Translations under genes and position numbers: made by a program
Shown: positions 11,142 to 24,000 of the stretch, in pieces
Layout: each line of letters begins with the position of its first letter
Position numbering within the stretch: the first letter of the stretch is position 1
DNA from: Naegleria gruberi
Lineage: Eukaryota
Reading direction: 5' to 3' (one strand)
DNA length: 64,000 nt
Assembly (NCBI GenBank): GCA_000004985.1
Contig: GG738924.1
Notes under the pieces: model-generated
Databases searched by the model: none
Seen by the model: only the letters and a program-made list of their open reading frames with translations
What the model was told of the DNA's origin: nothing

Positions 11142-12853
11142 AAGGAAAGGCTACTTTTTGTCCTACAATGTATTGGATGGTATGTGGGGAGGTAGAGCTG
11201 AGAGGAGACTCAAGTCAACCATCATCTTCTGAGGATGTTTCTTCCATCTTGTTTTCTAATAGTGATCGTCAACAACCTGTAGATTCTTCCTCCTTTAATA
11301 TCACCTCTAAGGCTTCCTCTCATGAAGGTCACATTAGTATTGGATCATCTTCATCAGAAACTTTGAGAAGAAAGGGTGATCATCATAATAGCCTTGTCAA
11401 ATCTATCAAGGATCGTTTGGTAGGCTTGGATCATTCAAGAAAGGCCTCATCCTCAATTCGATCATCATCATCATCAGAGAAAGATTATCAGCAACAACAA
11501 ATGGCAAGGATGGGCTATCTTGTGGAGAATAGTGAAAGGCAGAGAGGTGTTCTCATAGTTTGTAATCTCTTTGAAGAAAGCCTTTCGAATGGTTGTACAG
11601 AATTAGAGGTTTCTTGGGTTACAAAACGATGTCAAATTCAACCTGGTCAAATTCTCTATGCACCAAAGGTAAAAGCCTACAAGCAGGATACGGTTGATGA
11701 AGATTCAATTCAATTCTTTATTGTTGCTCGATATGTCAAGTTGGTTTCTCAAAAGTCTGCCATCTACCAATTCTTTGAACCTAACAGTAAGAAGATGTTA
11801 TTGGAACCGAGTGAGTTCATTCAACAGGAAAAAAATCAAAAGAAGAGATTATTCACAGATGCTTCCACTCAAATATCGTGTGATAAGGAAAATGAGGTTC
11901 CTACAAGAATCGAGGAACCATTTCAACAATTGTTGAAGAAGACTAAGAGGTTGAATTCTACTCCTGCCACCACTATTTCTAAAACAGCATCTGCTCCTTC
12001 AGCTTCTTCAAATACAAAGAATTCTCCTAAAGATTCTGTTGCATCCACCTCTTTCTCTTCAAACACCAAGAACAAGAAGGAACAATGCAGACAAAGAATT
12101 AAGGCCATCAAGAAGAAAATCATGAAAAAGGTTGAAGAAACTCAATCCAAGATGGACTCGTCCATTCTACCAATGTCCACAACAATTGTCAAGACTGAAC
12201 AGTTAGAACAGAGAGCAGACTCTGTAATTTTTGATTCAGGTACACCTTCCTTCTTTAACAATGGATTTATTAGTGATATTGTTGTTATTTCTGATGATGA
12301 AGAGGAGGAATCACATGCCAAAGCACATGAAAGCTTGTCAACTATGCAAAGTATTACTCCTCTCATTTGTTCAGAAACACCAATCATTCCAAGCTCAAGA
12401 ACAATCCGTGTCAAGAGAGATTTGATTAGTGAGGAAGATAAGGAAATTAACCTATCATCAAATTCACCAATCACTCTCTCAATGCTCTACTCGACTGCAA
12501 ATCAAGTGAAAGAAATGTGTTCAATCCTTGACAAGTCACCCTTACTAGAAATCTCCCAAAAGGAAGAAAATGAAGCCATACTCACCAATGAGAATGCCCT
12601 CTTCACACAAGAACAACTCGCCCCACAAGTGGATGAAACATCCTCAAGCAGCAGAAGTGGAGTATCTTCAAGTCACAATTTGGAATTACAAAAGGAATAC
12701 CTTAAACCTTTGGCCAATAGAAGAACTGATTTTGAGAAGCAAGGTGAACCAAGCAATGAAGGTTCCAATAACACACTGGAGAAGGATGGAGTATCATCAC
12801 CAAACTTTAACAACTCAATTGTAAAGGAAGAGGAAAATGCAACCTCCCAATAA
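11142..12853 (+). CDS. Hypothetical Ser-rich low-complexity protein with a short acidic SIM-like stretch (VVISDDEEEE)
   Basis: Long ORF. The first ATG is at 11142, whereas the track starts at TTG 11117. Composition is coding-like, and no domain can be recognised by eye. Confidence 0.5.
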
Positions 12854-13261
12854 AAAACCTCCTCACACTTCTCCTAATAAGTTTCTCCAAGATGATGAAT
12901 AGCTTTACAGTGACCACTAATTTCTGAGTTGAAGTTAATGAGGGGAAAGTTGAGCCCTTTCAGAAATCAAGTCAAACAGTATAAGGGTGGTCAAGGTTGA
13001 ATTCATATTTAATAACGGTTACTTGTTTGTTGCAAGCGAAAAAAGACATCATCTATTTTAAAAAAATAGCCAACAACCGCTGCTGTTCGAAGCTTTGAGG
13101 GTCGCTTGTTGTTTTTATTAAGGCATCATCACAGGTGACCATACCATCATCATTACATTATTGATTATCGTTTAAATCTGCTTCTTTTCTAGTTGTAAAA
13201 TAATAAGCAAGAACATTAGTGTACATACCATCTATAATTTAAAATCTTCATAAGAACCAAA

Positions 13262-16200
13262 ATGAAAAAGATATCAACCTTTTTAAAGAGGAAGGAAAGT
13301 GAACATAGATCAAAGCATGCCAGCAATAGCAGCTCTGGGAGTTCTCCAATCTCTCCGAATCATCAAGGCTTTGTGATGGTTGAACATGAAGACGCCATTC
13401 TAATTTCTAAAAACAGCAGCACAACAAGTTCAACAGCTGTGGAATGGAATGAAAAGCTTGAAGAGGATTTCAAGCAATACTTGGACAAAACCTTCAAGAA
13501 TCAAACTGAAACAATAGAAAAGTTGATGGCCCTTCCACCAAAGAAAAAGATGGAAATTCTCAAATTGAAGCAATCTCAGATCAGTTCTCAGAACAATATC
13601 TTACTTCACTTGGAAACAACAATGAATAACATCAAACATCCGCTCTCCACCTTGACACTACATACGCAACTGAAGGAATTGAGAGTTGTCTTGTCAAACT
13701 ATGCCGAAGCAGAAGAAGCATTCATCAATAGAGGTGGTGTTGATTTCACCATGAAATCTCTTTCCAATAATCTCGGTAATCTGAATGGAGCTGCAGACGA
13801 GAATAACAAACTCTTGTTTGCTGAAATTACCATCTCTATTATTATGATCTTGACTCAAATTTGCAAAAACAATGAAGGATTGGAAAAGTTTTTAGAATAT
13901 CCAAATAGTATTGAAGAAATCTCCAAGGCTCTCTTACTGGAACATGAAGATAAGGGTCAGAGGAACTCGATATATTTCCTATTGTCATCATTGTGTTTTT
14001 GTAGGGATGGTACCTACGTTCCACAAGTTTATGAATCTGTTAAGAATTTGTCAAAAATTAGAGGTGAAGAACAATTCTTAACTGTTGTGCAGCATTTGAG
14101 AGAGGCCAACAGTTTAAAGAGCAGATACATCATTCTGGCCTTTATCAATATTTTGATGAGGCAAGCTCCTGTTCAATTCAGAAGAGAGCTAAAGCAACGA
14201 TTTATCAGCGCAGGTGTTTATACTGAGGTTAAAAAACTGGAAAAGATTAAAGTGGAAAATAAGGATACAGAGGATGCCCTCAAGCTAAGCAACCAAATAG
14301 AAATTTTCAACAAGATTATTTCTGGAGATTTAGAAGAAGATATTTTTGATGATTTGAGAGAAATTGTCGAAGAATTAGAAAATTCTAATGTTCCTCTAGC
14401 TGAGGGAATTAAGGCAGTTTCTGAAAAGATGTTGGAGAAATGTAATCAAACTTCGTAAGTTTTAAACAGTTTCAACATCATTAATTATTTATTCAACAAC
14501 AGATCAAGTTTGGAATGGGTCAATGATATCAAAATAATTTTGGAGGGAAGTGAATCTGTAAACTTGTTAAAAGATAGAAATCTCTCACTTCAAAAACAAG
14601 TGGATACCATTACAAAAGATAATGCACAATTAAAAGATCAAATGGAAAAGCTAAAAGTCAGAATTGAAGCTTTGGAGAAGGCACCACCAACAGTTATTGT
14701 GAAAAAGGTTGCAGTTGTAAGACAAGTTGGAGAATTGAAATCGTCTGGTTCCGGTAGTAATCTTGCAGGTTTAGTGGAATCCAATTCACCGACAACATCA
14801 CCTCCTAATATTTTTCCAGATGATACAGTTCCCTCTTGTAACAGCTCTGTTCCACCACCTCCTCAAGCTAGCTCTGTAGTGCCTCCACCTCCAGGAATGG
14901 GAGGTGTTGTTCCTCCACCACCAATTGGTTCAAGCTCAGTTCCTTTGCCTCCCATGACCATCAGTAGCTCTGTTCCTCCTCCACCTGTGGGGTTCAATAG
15001 TTCTGTTCCACCTTCGTCATCTATTCCTTTACCACCAGTAATGGGAACTGTTCCACCAAATTCTGCCATTCCTTTGCCACCAGGAATGAATAGCTCTGTT
15101 CCAATGCCTCCAGGTATTCCTGTACCACCAGGAATAGAAATGCCAGTGGTAGGAAGTACTGTTCCTCCTCCTCCAGGTTTTGGTGGCGTTCCTCCTTCTG
15201 GGTCTGTTGTTCCTCCACCTCCAGTTGGAATGACTAGCTCAGTACCATTACCTCCAGGAATGGGAGTATTGTTCCTCCACCGCCTTTCTCAAATGTACCA
15301 ATGCCTCCTGGTTTTGGAGGTGTTCCACCTCCTCCTGGAATGAATGGTACTGTTCCAGTTCCTCCACTAGGAGTGGGAATGCCACCCCCACCAATGTTTG
15401 GATTTGTACAAACACCACCTGTTATTGCAAGTGCTCCAAAACTTCCAGACATACCTAAGAAGAAGGCTTCTGTGCCCACTAAGGACGTAAGACTCAACAA
15501 ACTAGATAATAACAAACTTCAAAAGTCTGTTTGGATGAAGAAGAACATTCATGCCAAGTTATTCGATATTGATATTCCAGAAAAAGAATTAGAAGATATG
15601 TTCGCTCAAATTTCTAAATCCCCTAGTGTAGGTTTAACTCCAGAAAAGTCAGAAAAACCAAAGGATACAACAATAAGTTTATTGGAAGGACCTAGATTGC
15701 AAAACGTTTCCATCTTTATGAAATATCTCAAGATGCCTTCAACTCAGTTGGTTGAAAAGATAATGACCATCTCTGATGATTTTAATGAGGAATCAATTGG
15801 AAAATTGTTGAATCAAGTTCCTAATGAAGATGAAATTCAAAGACAAAATGATTTTGATGGAGATGAAGCCACATTGAATGAAGCCGATAAGTTTATCAGA
15901 GCCATGATGAAGGTTCCGAGACTTGCTTCCAGATTGAAATGTTGGAATTTCAAGTTGAAATATGTTGAAACAAAGGCTTGTATCAACCCAGACTTGGAAA
16001 CCATCATTTCAACATGTGCTAGTTTGGTAGAATCTGAAAAACTTCAAGAATTGTTTGCTGTCATTTTGGCTTTCAGTAATTACCTTAGCAGGACTGGTAT
16101 CCATGGATTCAAATTGAACTCTCTCCAAAAATTAAAAGAAACAAAAGGTAATGCTAAGAACATTACGCTCCTTGATATGATTGTCAAGCATATTACAAGT

Positions 16201-17103
16201 GCAAAACCAGATATTCTCAAAGTTAAAGAAGATTTGAACATGTTGGAAAGGGCTGCCAGAGTTGAAATGCAAACATTAGCAGACAAGATTGACAGTATGG
16301 AAAAGTCTATTGCTCTTCTGAAAACAGAGATTCAATACTATAGTAAAAATCCACAGCCAAACGATAGATTCTTGGAAGTTTTTGGATCCTTCCTGAATGA
16401 ATGTGAGGATGAAATGAAACTTATTAAGGAAAAGCAACAAAATATGGATAATCAAATTTCAGGGGTTGCTGAATTCTTGGGTGAAGACCCAAACACTGTA
16501 AAGAAGGAACCAAAGGAAATGTTTTTAATGTTAAATTCATTCATTACTGACTTGTACAAATCAGTAGATAATTTGAAAAAGGAAGAAGAAAAGAGAAAGA
16601 AGGAAGAAAGCAAGCTTGCTAAGGAGAAAGACAATCGTCCATCATCCCCTGTAGTTACAGTTGGTGGATTGAAGGCATTTAATTCATTCAGAACACCATC
16701 TAAAGTTCCTCTCATTGCTGAAAATGCAGATGTTTCTGTAACACCAAGCAGTCCTGTAACTCCAATTATTATTTCCTTACCAGATAGTGAACCAAGTGTG
16801 GAAATCACTTCTCCAAGTACACCAATTCAAGAGAAGCAAAATGAGCCAACTATCGAATTAACCAAGAATGGACATGATTTGCTTTCACCTTCGATGCAAA
16901 TGGGTAATTCTTTCGAAGAAAATAGTCCATCAAGACGTAGTGGTCACATTAGAAATCCTTCCATTCTCATGTCTCTTGAAAAGTCCCTATATGAAGGTTC
17001 TGCCTTATTGTCCCCATCTACAAAGACAAGAAAGAGAGGTGGAGGAATGATGACAGGTTTAGATATGAATGAATTGAGTGCTGCATTAAATAAAAAAAAG
17101 TAA
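13262..17103 (+). CDS. Formin (Diaphanous-type: GBD/FH3 - coiled coil - FH1 polyproline - FH2). Exon1 is 13262..~14454, the intron ~14455..14502 (GTAAGT..AACAG) and exon2 ~14503..17103. There is an apparent -1 frameshift near 15262-15266 inside the FH1 region.
   Basis: ATG at 13262. The FH1 has many VPPPP/LPP repeats (14830-15420). The FH2 core (15600-16700) is strongly formin-like (LNQVPNEDEI.., KFIRAMMKVPRLASRLKCWNFKLKYVE, LFAVILAFSNYLSRTGIHGFKLNSLQKLKETKGN..TLLDMIV). The ORF track gives three pieces: 13262..14458, 14510..15343 and 15301..17103. The 15343/15301 overlap is a frame change inside proline codon repeats (GMG | IVPPPPFSNVPMPPGFGG). Confidence 0.88.
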
Positions 17104-17232
17104 TCTTCAATTTGCTAGTAAAGGTATTTTGTATGTTTCTTGTTTCTTATTGGACATTTCCAAAACGAACCCTTCAAAGACTTGAACTCAGAGGCGCGAA
17201 AGAAAACGTGTTTTGATTTTTATCTTAAAAAA

Positions 17233-18195
17233 ATGATTCACAAGATTTCGTTACTTCTCTTGCTTGTTTCATGTTCTTGTTTAATGATGAGAATTTCGGA
17301 GGCAAGTGGAATTGATTTTTCATCGGAAATTGTTTATTGGATTGGTGCTAATCCTCATGGTTATTGGCAAGATCCATCCAATTGGGAAAATCATCAAATT
17401 CCAACAATGAATCAAACAGCAATTATTAAACATTCCAAATTGAGAATTTTACCTGATTTGGATGTTATTAAAGTGAAGCGAATAATTGTGGAAAGTAATA
17501 TTGCCACAAATCAAAGCTTCAAACAAGATGAAAATTTAATACTCATTGAAAATCCAATTCTCATTTCGAATGGCATTGAAATTGGTGAATTTTCAAAAGT
17601 GATTTTCAATGAAAATGTTGCTTGTTTGGAAGATTTTAATTGTCAATTGAATGTGAGAGGAAAAGTTGAAGTTTTTGATGGTGGAAGGGTTGGTTATTGG
17701 AATGAGAAATGGAATGGGTTTCGAATGGAAACTTGTTTGAAGAATTCGCAAGCTTCGTTCAAGATTTCGAATAAGAAAATCATGTGGAATGAAACGAAAT
17801 CAATTGAGGAGTGGAAAGATTCTTTGGACGGAGAGTTTGGGGAACTTTTTGCTAATCATGAAATTTTACTGTTTGTTCCCTCGACTCGAAATGTTAATGA
17901 ACAAATTTCGAATGAAGAATTGGAAACTCTATTAGAAAGGATAATTTCAGATATTTCTCATATTGTTGGAGGGGTTACTCTCCATCCGAATCAGAAAGGA
18001 TATTGGTTGAGTGAACGAGAGGGACTTGTCAGCGAATTAGTTAACATTATTTCTGTAAGCGTTCCGGATAATTTGTTGGTCGAAACAAAACGAAAGGTCA
18101 AGGAAATTTCGTTGCAATTACTTGAAGAATTGAATCAAGAAGCAATATTTGTAAAGATTGACTCTAATTCCTTTCTGCTAACCAAGAATAAATAA
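17233..18195 (+). CDS. Hypothetical secreted protein (N-terminal signal peptide MIHKISLLLLLVSCSCLMMRISEA)
   Basis: ORF 17140..18195 in the track (alternative TTG start). The first ATG, at 17233, begins a hydrophobic signal peptide. No recognisable domain. Confidence 0.55.
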   Translation: MIHKISLLLLLVSCSCLMMRISEASGIDFSSEIVYWIGANPHGYWQDPSNWENHQIPTMNQTAIIKHSKLRILPDLDVIKVKRIIVESNIATNQSFKQDENLILIENPILISNGIEIGEFSKVIFNENVACLEDFNCQLNVRGKVEVFDGGRVGYWNEKWNGFRMETCLKNSQASFKISNKKIMWNETKSIEEWKDSLDGEFGELFANHEILLFVPSTRNVNEQISNEELETLLERIISDISHIVGGVTLHPNQKGYWLSEREGLVSELVNIISVSVPDNLLVETKRKVKEISLQLLEELNQEAIFVKIDSNSFLLTKNK

Positions 18196-18550
18196 CTTTC
18201 TCTACCGAATCTACTCATTTAATAATGGATGCATTTCGAATATAAAACTATTCGAATCTGGGTTACCAATATCACTTTAAATGAACCAATGGTGCTAGAA
18301 ATAAGGTATGAGAACATGAATTTGAAAACTTGTCATGTGAAAAACCAAATTTTACCAAATTAGAAACTGAAAGTGGCCGAAACTTTTACAGAACAAGGAT
18401 TTTTATGGATTTGATGACACAATTAATCTCAATTTTTCAGGAGCATTGAAATGACAGGCAAACAAATTACTAAAAAGGCAAATTTTAAAAACCTGCCCAA
18501 CAATAAAGTTATTCGAAACTATCTGAAAAATTGACCTAAAAAAACAAAAC

Positions 18551-20683
18551 ATGACTCACAAGAATAACTCTACCACCAACAATACCACAACGTCTTCATC
18601 CATTGACCAAAATGCTACCACTTTTCAATTTCAATTTGTCTTTGACAAGGTCATGCTCAACCAAAGAACATTGAAATTATTCAAAGAATTTCTAATGAAG
18701 AGTTTACATTCCCCAGAAGCTATCCTCTTCTATGAGAAAGTTCTCGAATTTAAATCATTCGAAGGACAAGCTCTGACTGAACATCAGACGAAACTTGCTT
18801 AGAATATTGTGGAGAATGTTATTTTTGTTGGCTCCGCGCATGAAATTAACATTGGAAAAAGAGAGAGAAATCAGGTACTTGAGAGGGTGAAGAGATTATT
18901 AGGTAATAACCCACAAAGAAGTGAAGTTGAGTTGCAATATTTTTCGAATAGTAAGCAAACGCTCAATAAGAAAGAAACCGAAAGTGATGAACAATCAGAA
19001 ACTTCAACAAATAAGCAAAAGAGCTTTTCTTCGATGAATGAGACTTCTACCTTCATAATGGTCGATCCAATTAACATTTTTGATGAAGCATTAGTGACAG
19101 TTAAGAGACAACTCAAAGAAGACGTGTTTCCACTTTTTTTGAGAAGTGACAGATTTCTGACATTTTGTAAGAAGGCATCGAGAGAAACTCTGGGAGAGAT
19201 TGGTTATGAGAGAAGACAGTGTCGTCAATCTGGCAACGTTTCTATTGAAGATTTTTGGAAATTTTACAGAGCTGATTGTGAATCTCTAAATGTCAATGGT
19301 CAAGATGTCAAATTTTTAAGCTCTTTATCAATAGATAGTTCTGATTGGACTCTATTAGAGCAAGAATACTTTAAAAAGAGTTGTTTTGCAACATTTGTTT
19401 CATCTGAAACTCATTGCATGATTAGACCAGAAACTTCCGAATATAGAAATCCAAATTCACAACATATTTACAAATGTACAGGTGTCATTAATCACTCAAC
19501 TGAGAAAGTATTGAAAGCTCTGACAGATTCTCACTTTATGGCCACTTATGATAATAATTTAGCTGTTTGTGAATGCATTGATTTTGTAAATTCTCAAATT
19601 CAAAGCAATTCTCTTCCTGAATCATTATTCGAATTGGACGAAACTGTTCAATTCTCCTCCTCTATCATTCTACAAAATTATCCTTTCAACTGGCCACTTT
19701 CTGGAAGAGATTTCCTCACCAGTCAAACAGATGTCTATGAAAAATCCACTCAACGTTATTTCATTCTCATCAAATCTGTCAACCATCCACTTGCCAAACC
19801 AAAAGAAGGAAGTGTCAGATCTTATCTTGTCGGTGGTTGGATTATTCAACCAATTTCTGATGAATTCTCACGATATACTTTGGTCAATTATATGGATGTG
19901 AATATGAGTGAAAAATTAGTTCAGCAATTTCAACTGAGGAGAGGAAAGAAATTATTCCATTCGTTGAATAAGATATTGAAAGAGATGGACAGGAGTTCAA
20001 TGAATGAGGTGAATGATTCGTGTGGTTTATTGGAAACTTTGGACGAATTTTTGGATTTATACGAAATTAACATTGATGACCAATATAGGAAAGTGAAGAA
20101 ACTAAACAAGATGGAAATGAAGGAACTTCTCACTCCAAGAAAAACTCACCTCGCAAGCACTTCTACCTCAAATCTCGACCACCTTTCGAATAAGATTATT
20201 CGATTGACCTACATTTCCAAATGTAAGAAAAATTTCAATTCTACAGAGCTTGACAAGATTGCAACCACTGCAACTCGATTCAATTCCAGTATCAACGTAA
20301 CTGGTCTCCTTCTCTATTGTAAAGAAGGAATTTTCTATCAAGTATTAGAAGGTGAAAAAGAATTAGTTTCAAATCTATTCGAAAAGATTAAGAAAGATTC
20401 GAGACATTTCGATGTGAAATGTGTCAAAATGGAAACAGATTTATGTGATCGTGATAGACAATTCAAGGGATGGGCCATGAACACAGTTAACTTGGAAACG
20501 TCAGATCATTTCTTTGCTGATTTTATGAAAGAATTATTAGTGACAGTTTCAAAGATGGAGCTCAATAACATGACAGAAGATCAAGCTGTTGGGTTTATAT
20601 TCAAGACATCGAGGCAGATGTTTGAGAAGAGTAGGGAGAGCGGATTTGTTTCGAGATTAGGTTCTTGTTTTTGTATGAAATAA
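18551..20683 (+). CDS. RGS - START-like - BLUF multidomain protein (putative blue-light sensor). A single in-frame TAG at 18800..18802 interrupts the RGS domain, so this may be a pseudogene, a readthrough site or a sequence error.
   Basis: ATG at 18551. The RGS domain spans the stop (..LKLFKEFLMKSLHSPEAILFYEKVLEFKSF..TKLA*NIVENVIFVGSAHEINIGKRERN..IFDEALVTVKRQLKEDVFPLFLRSDRF). The middle region has a START/Bet v1-like fold pattern (VRSYLVGGWIIQPISDEFSRYTLVNYMDVN). The C-terminal BLUF domain is IIRLTYISKC..INVTGLLLYCKEGIFYQVLEGEKELVSNLFEKIKKDSRHFDVKCV..FKGWAM, with the photoactive Tyr, Gln and Trp present. The track ORFs 18551..18802 and 18809..20683 share one frame. Confidence 0.8.
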
Positions 20684-21065
20684 AGGTAAATAAAGTGGAC
20701 GAAAGTAAACTAAAGTTGATTCTCAAAGTGTTATCTCTTTATGATCTAATAACGTATCAGTATTAGGAAGGTCCTATCTCCTGTAATAGAATGAAAACTA
20801 TTTTGGCGCCTTTTCCTCCTTAATGTCATCTGACAAGTGTCAAAAAACCACCAGTAAATGTCTCAAAACGTAAAAAATCCAACCATCAACCACCATCACC
20901 AAGTACATCTTAATTCCTCCTCCTCATAACAAATCCCATCTCACCTGCCAACCATCAAACCAACACTATTTTTTTTTCGCGCCATTTCCCTCTATCCAAT
21001 CTCTACAATTATTTTCAATTCAGCAACTCAAAAAAAAACTCGCGATTCCAAATTTCTTCGAAGAA

Positions 21066-24000
21066 ATGAGCAGCGTTGAATATCAGCACGGCAATGAAGT
21101 GCTTTTCATAAAGAAGGGAAGTAGTGGCGAGTCAACCAACAACAATAATAACGCGATGACCACAGAAAGTAATGATCATAAGGCACAGGAATTGGCTCAT
21201 CACGGCGATTCGAAGGATGAACATGTTGATAGTCAACATCATCACCCGAAAGGACCGTTTACATTAACGGCAGATGAATTGTCAGAGATGCATCAGAATA
21301 AGGATTTGAAAGGGTTGCAAAAGATGGGTGGAATGTCTGGTTTGATGAGAGATTTGAAAACTGATGCAAAGAGGGGGATTGCCTGGAAGTCGAATTATCA
21401 AAGTTATGATGAGAGGACGAATCTGTATGGTCTTAATGTGTATCCTGAACCGCCGGCTAAAGGTCTCTTCAAAATATTCTTTGAGGCTCTATCAGACGAA
21501 ACTCACATTATTTTAATGATATTCGCCTTCATTTCGATGGTGTTGGGATTGGCATTTCCTGAATCTGAAGAGGAAAGACCAATTGGTTGGATTGATTCGT
21601 TTGCAATTTATATAGCTGTAGCTATTGTTTGTGTGGTTACAACCGCCAACGACTATTCGAAAGAGAAAAAGTTTAAAAACTTGTCAAGAGAATCCAAAAA
21701 GGTAATGGTTAAGGTTATTAGAGATGGGGAAAATTTTAGCGTTCTCACTGATGATATCAGAGTTGGAGATATTGTTGAAATTGAACAAGGAGATGGTATT
21801 CCAGCTGATGGGCTCTGTATTGAATCAAACCATTTGAAAACAGACGAATCTGTCATGACAGGAGAACCAGATTTGATTAAGAAGAATACAACAGAATTAA
21901 TTTTCTTATTGAGTGGTTGTACAGTTGCTGAAGGTTCTGGAAAGATGCTTGTTACAGGTGTTGGTGTTGGAAGTGAATGGGGAAGAACCTTGCAAAGTTT
22001 GAAAGAAGCCAATGAAGAACAAAGAGAAACTCCTCTCGAAGCCAAATTAGATAAGCTCGCCATCAATATTGGTAAAGTTGGTACTGCATTTGCGATTGGT
22101 ACTGTTACCATTTTGATTTTGGCCTTTTGGATTAAGAAATTGATGTACACTTCAACTTGGGTTGAGGCCTCATCAACATTTGAAGAAACTTGGCAAGAAA
22201 AGAATGTAGTTGATGTGGTCAAGTACTTTATTATTGCTTTGACTATTGTCGTCGTTGCTGTCCCTGAAGGTTTACCACTTGCTGTCACAATTGCTCTTGC
22301 TTACTCTGTTCGTAAAATGATGAAAGATCAGAATTTAGTTAGACACTTGGCAGCTTGTGAGACTATGGGTGGTGCTAACAATATTTGTTCTGACAAGACT
22401 GGTACACTTACTTTGAATCAGATGAGAGTTACCCAAGCTTATTTTGGAGATCGATTCTTTGGTGAGCAATTGAGCTCAATACTGTTGACATTGAAATCAC
22501 CACTGTTGCAAGTAATCATTGATGGTATTGTTGCCAATTCAAAGGCAAACTTGGTCAAGGGTGATGACAATAATAAGAATAAGGAGTATGCCACTCAAGG
22601 AAGTAAGACTGAAGCTGCTCTTTTACTTTTACTTGTCAAACATTTGAATCAGACCATTGACAGTTACAAAGATAGAAGAAATGAATTGCTAAGTGAAGAA
22701 AGAGGCTCTCACCTCCAACTTCCATTCAATTCCAACTTGAAGCGTATGAGTACCATCGTTACAAACTCTGAGGGAGAAACCAGATATCGTCTCTTCACAA
22801 AGGGTGCTTCTGAAATTGTCCTCAAATTGTGCTCCTATCACATGGCTAGTGATGGTTCATTGAGAAAGATGGATTCTGAAAAGGAAGCTGAAATGATGAA
22901 ATGTATTGAAGATATGGCTAATCAAGGTTTGAGAACAATTTGCTTGGCCTACAGAGATGTCAATCCAGAAGTTGAATTCTCATCACGAGCTGATGAAGAA
23001 AATTATTTAGAAAATATTGATCCAGTTACCTTGGAACAAGATTTAGTATGTATTGGTATTGTAGGCATTAAGGATCCATTGAGACCTGAAGTACCAGCAG
23101 CTATTGAACAATGTAAGAAATCAGGTATCACTGTCCGTATGATTACAGGTGACAATATCTTGACAGCCAAGTATATTGCCAGAGAGTGTGGTATCTTGTC
23201 GAAGGATGGTATTGCTATTGAAGGCCCAACATTCAGAAAGATGACTCCAGAGCAAATTGATGAGATTCTTCCAAAATTACAAGTTATGGCTCGTTCCTCA
23301 CCAACTGACAAGTTTATTCTTGTAAAGCATTTGAGAAAGAAGGGTAACGTTGTTGCTGTGACTGGAGATGGTACCAATGATGCTCCAGCTCTTAAAGAAG
23401 CCGATGTTGGATTGAGTATGGGTCTTAGTGGAACCCAGGTTGCTAAGGAAGCTTCTGATATCATTATTTTGGACGATAACTTCTCATCCATTGTTAAGAG
23501 TGTGTTGTGGGGTCGTTCCATTTACGAGAATATCAGAAAGTTTTTAGTTTTCCAATTGACAGTCAACGTGGTTGCTTTGATTTTAACAATTGTTTCTGCT
23601 GTTTCGTCTGCTTTCCAACATAATTCTTCCTATAGGCCACCTTTGAGTCCTGTACAAATGTTGTGGATCAACTTGATCATGGACACGTTTGCAGCTCTCG
23701 CCCTTGCCACAGAACCTCCAATTCCAGAACTTTTAGACAGAAAACCTCACGGAAGAAAGGATTCCCTCATTACAATGAGAATGTGGACCTTCATTGCTGC
23801 TGAATCAATCTTCCAGCTCACTGTCATGTTCACACTCTTCTATGGAGCAACCTCATTCAGAGGACTTTCATTCAGCTTAGCCAGAAATGATGCTGAAATG
23901 AGAACCATCATTTTTAATGCTTTCGTATTTTGTCAAGTTTTCAATCAATTCAACGCAAGAAAGATTAATTTTGAGTATGATATTTTCAGAGGAGTTTTCA

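Noticed and set aside
14400-14581. Apparent one-base disagreements between the printed sequence and the ORF-track frame at the line breaks near 14400/14401 and 14580/14581
   Set aside because: Treated as a display or reading artefact and not as biology. Formin intron coordinates here were tied to the ORF track frame and carry +/-1 nt uncertainty.
15021-15515. Minus-strand ORFs 14863..15069, 15021..15218 and 15234..15515 (Gly-rich)
   Set aside because: They are the reverse complement of the formin FH1 polyproline codons (CCN read as GGN on the opposite strand).
21653-23521. ORFs 21653..22288 (-) and 23003..23521 (-)
   Set aside because: They are antisense to the uninterrupted, highly conserved PMCA Ca2+-ATPase ORF.
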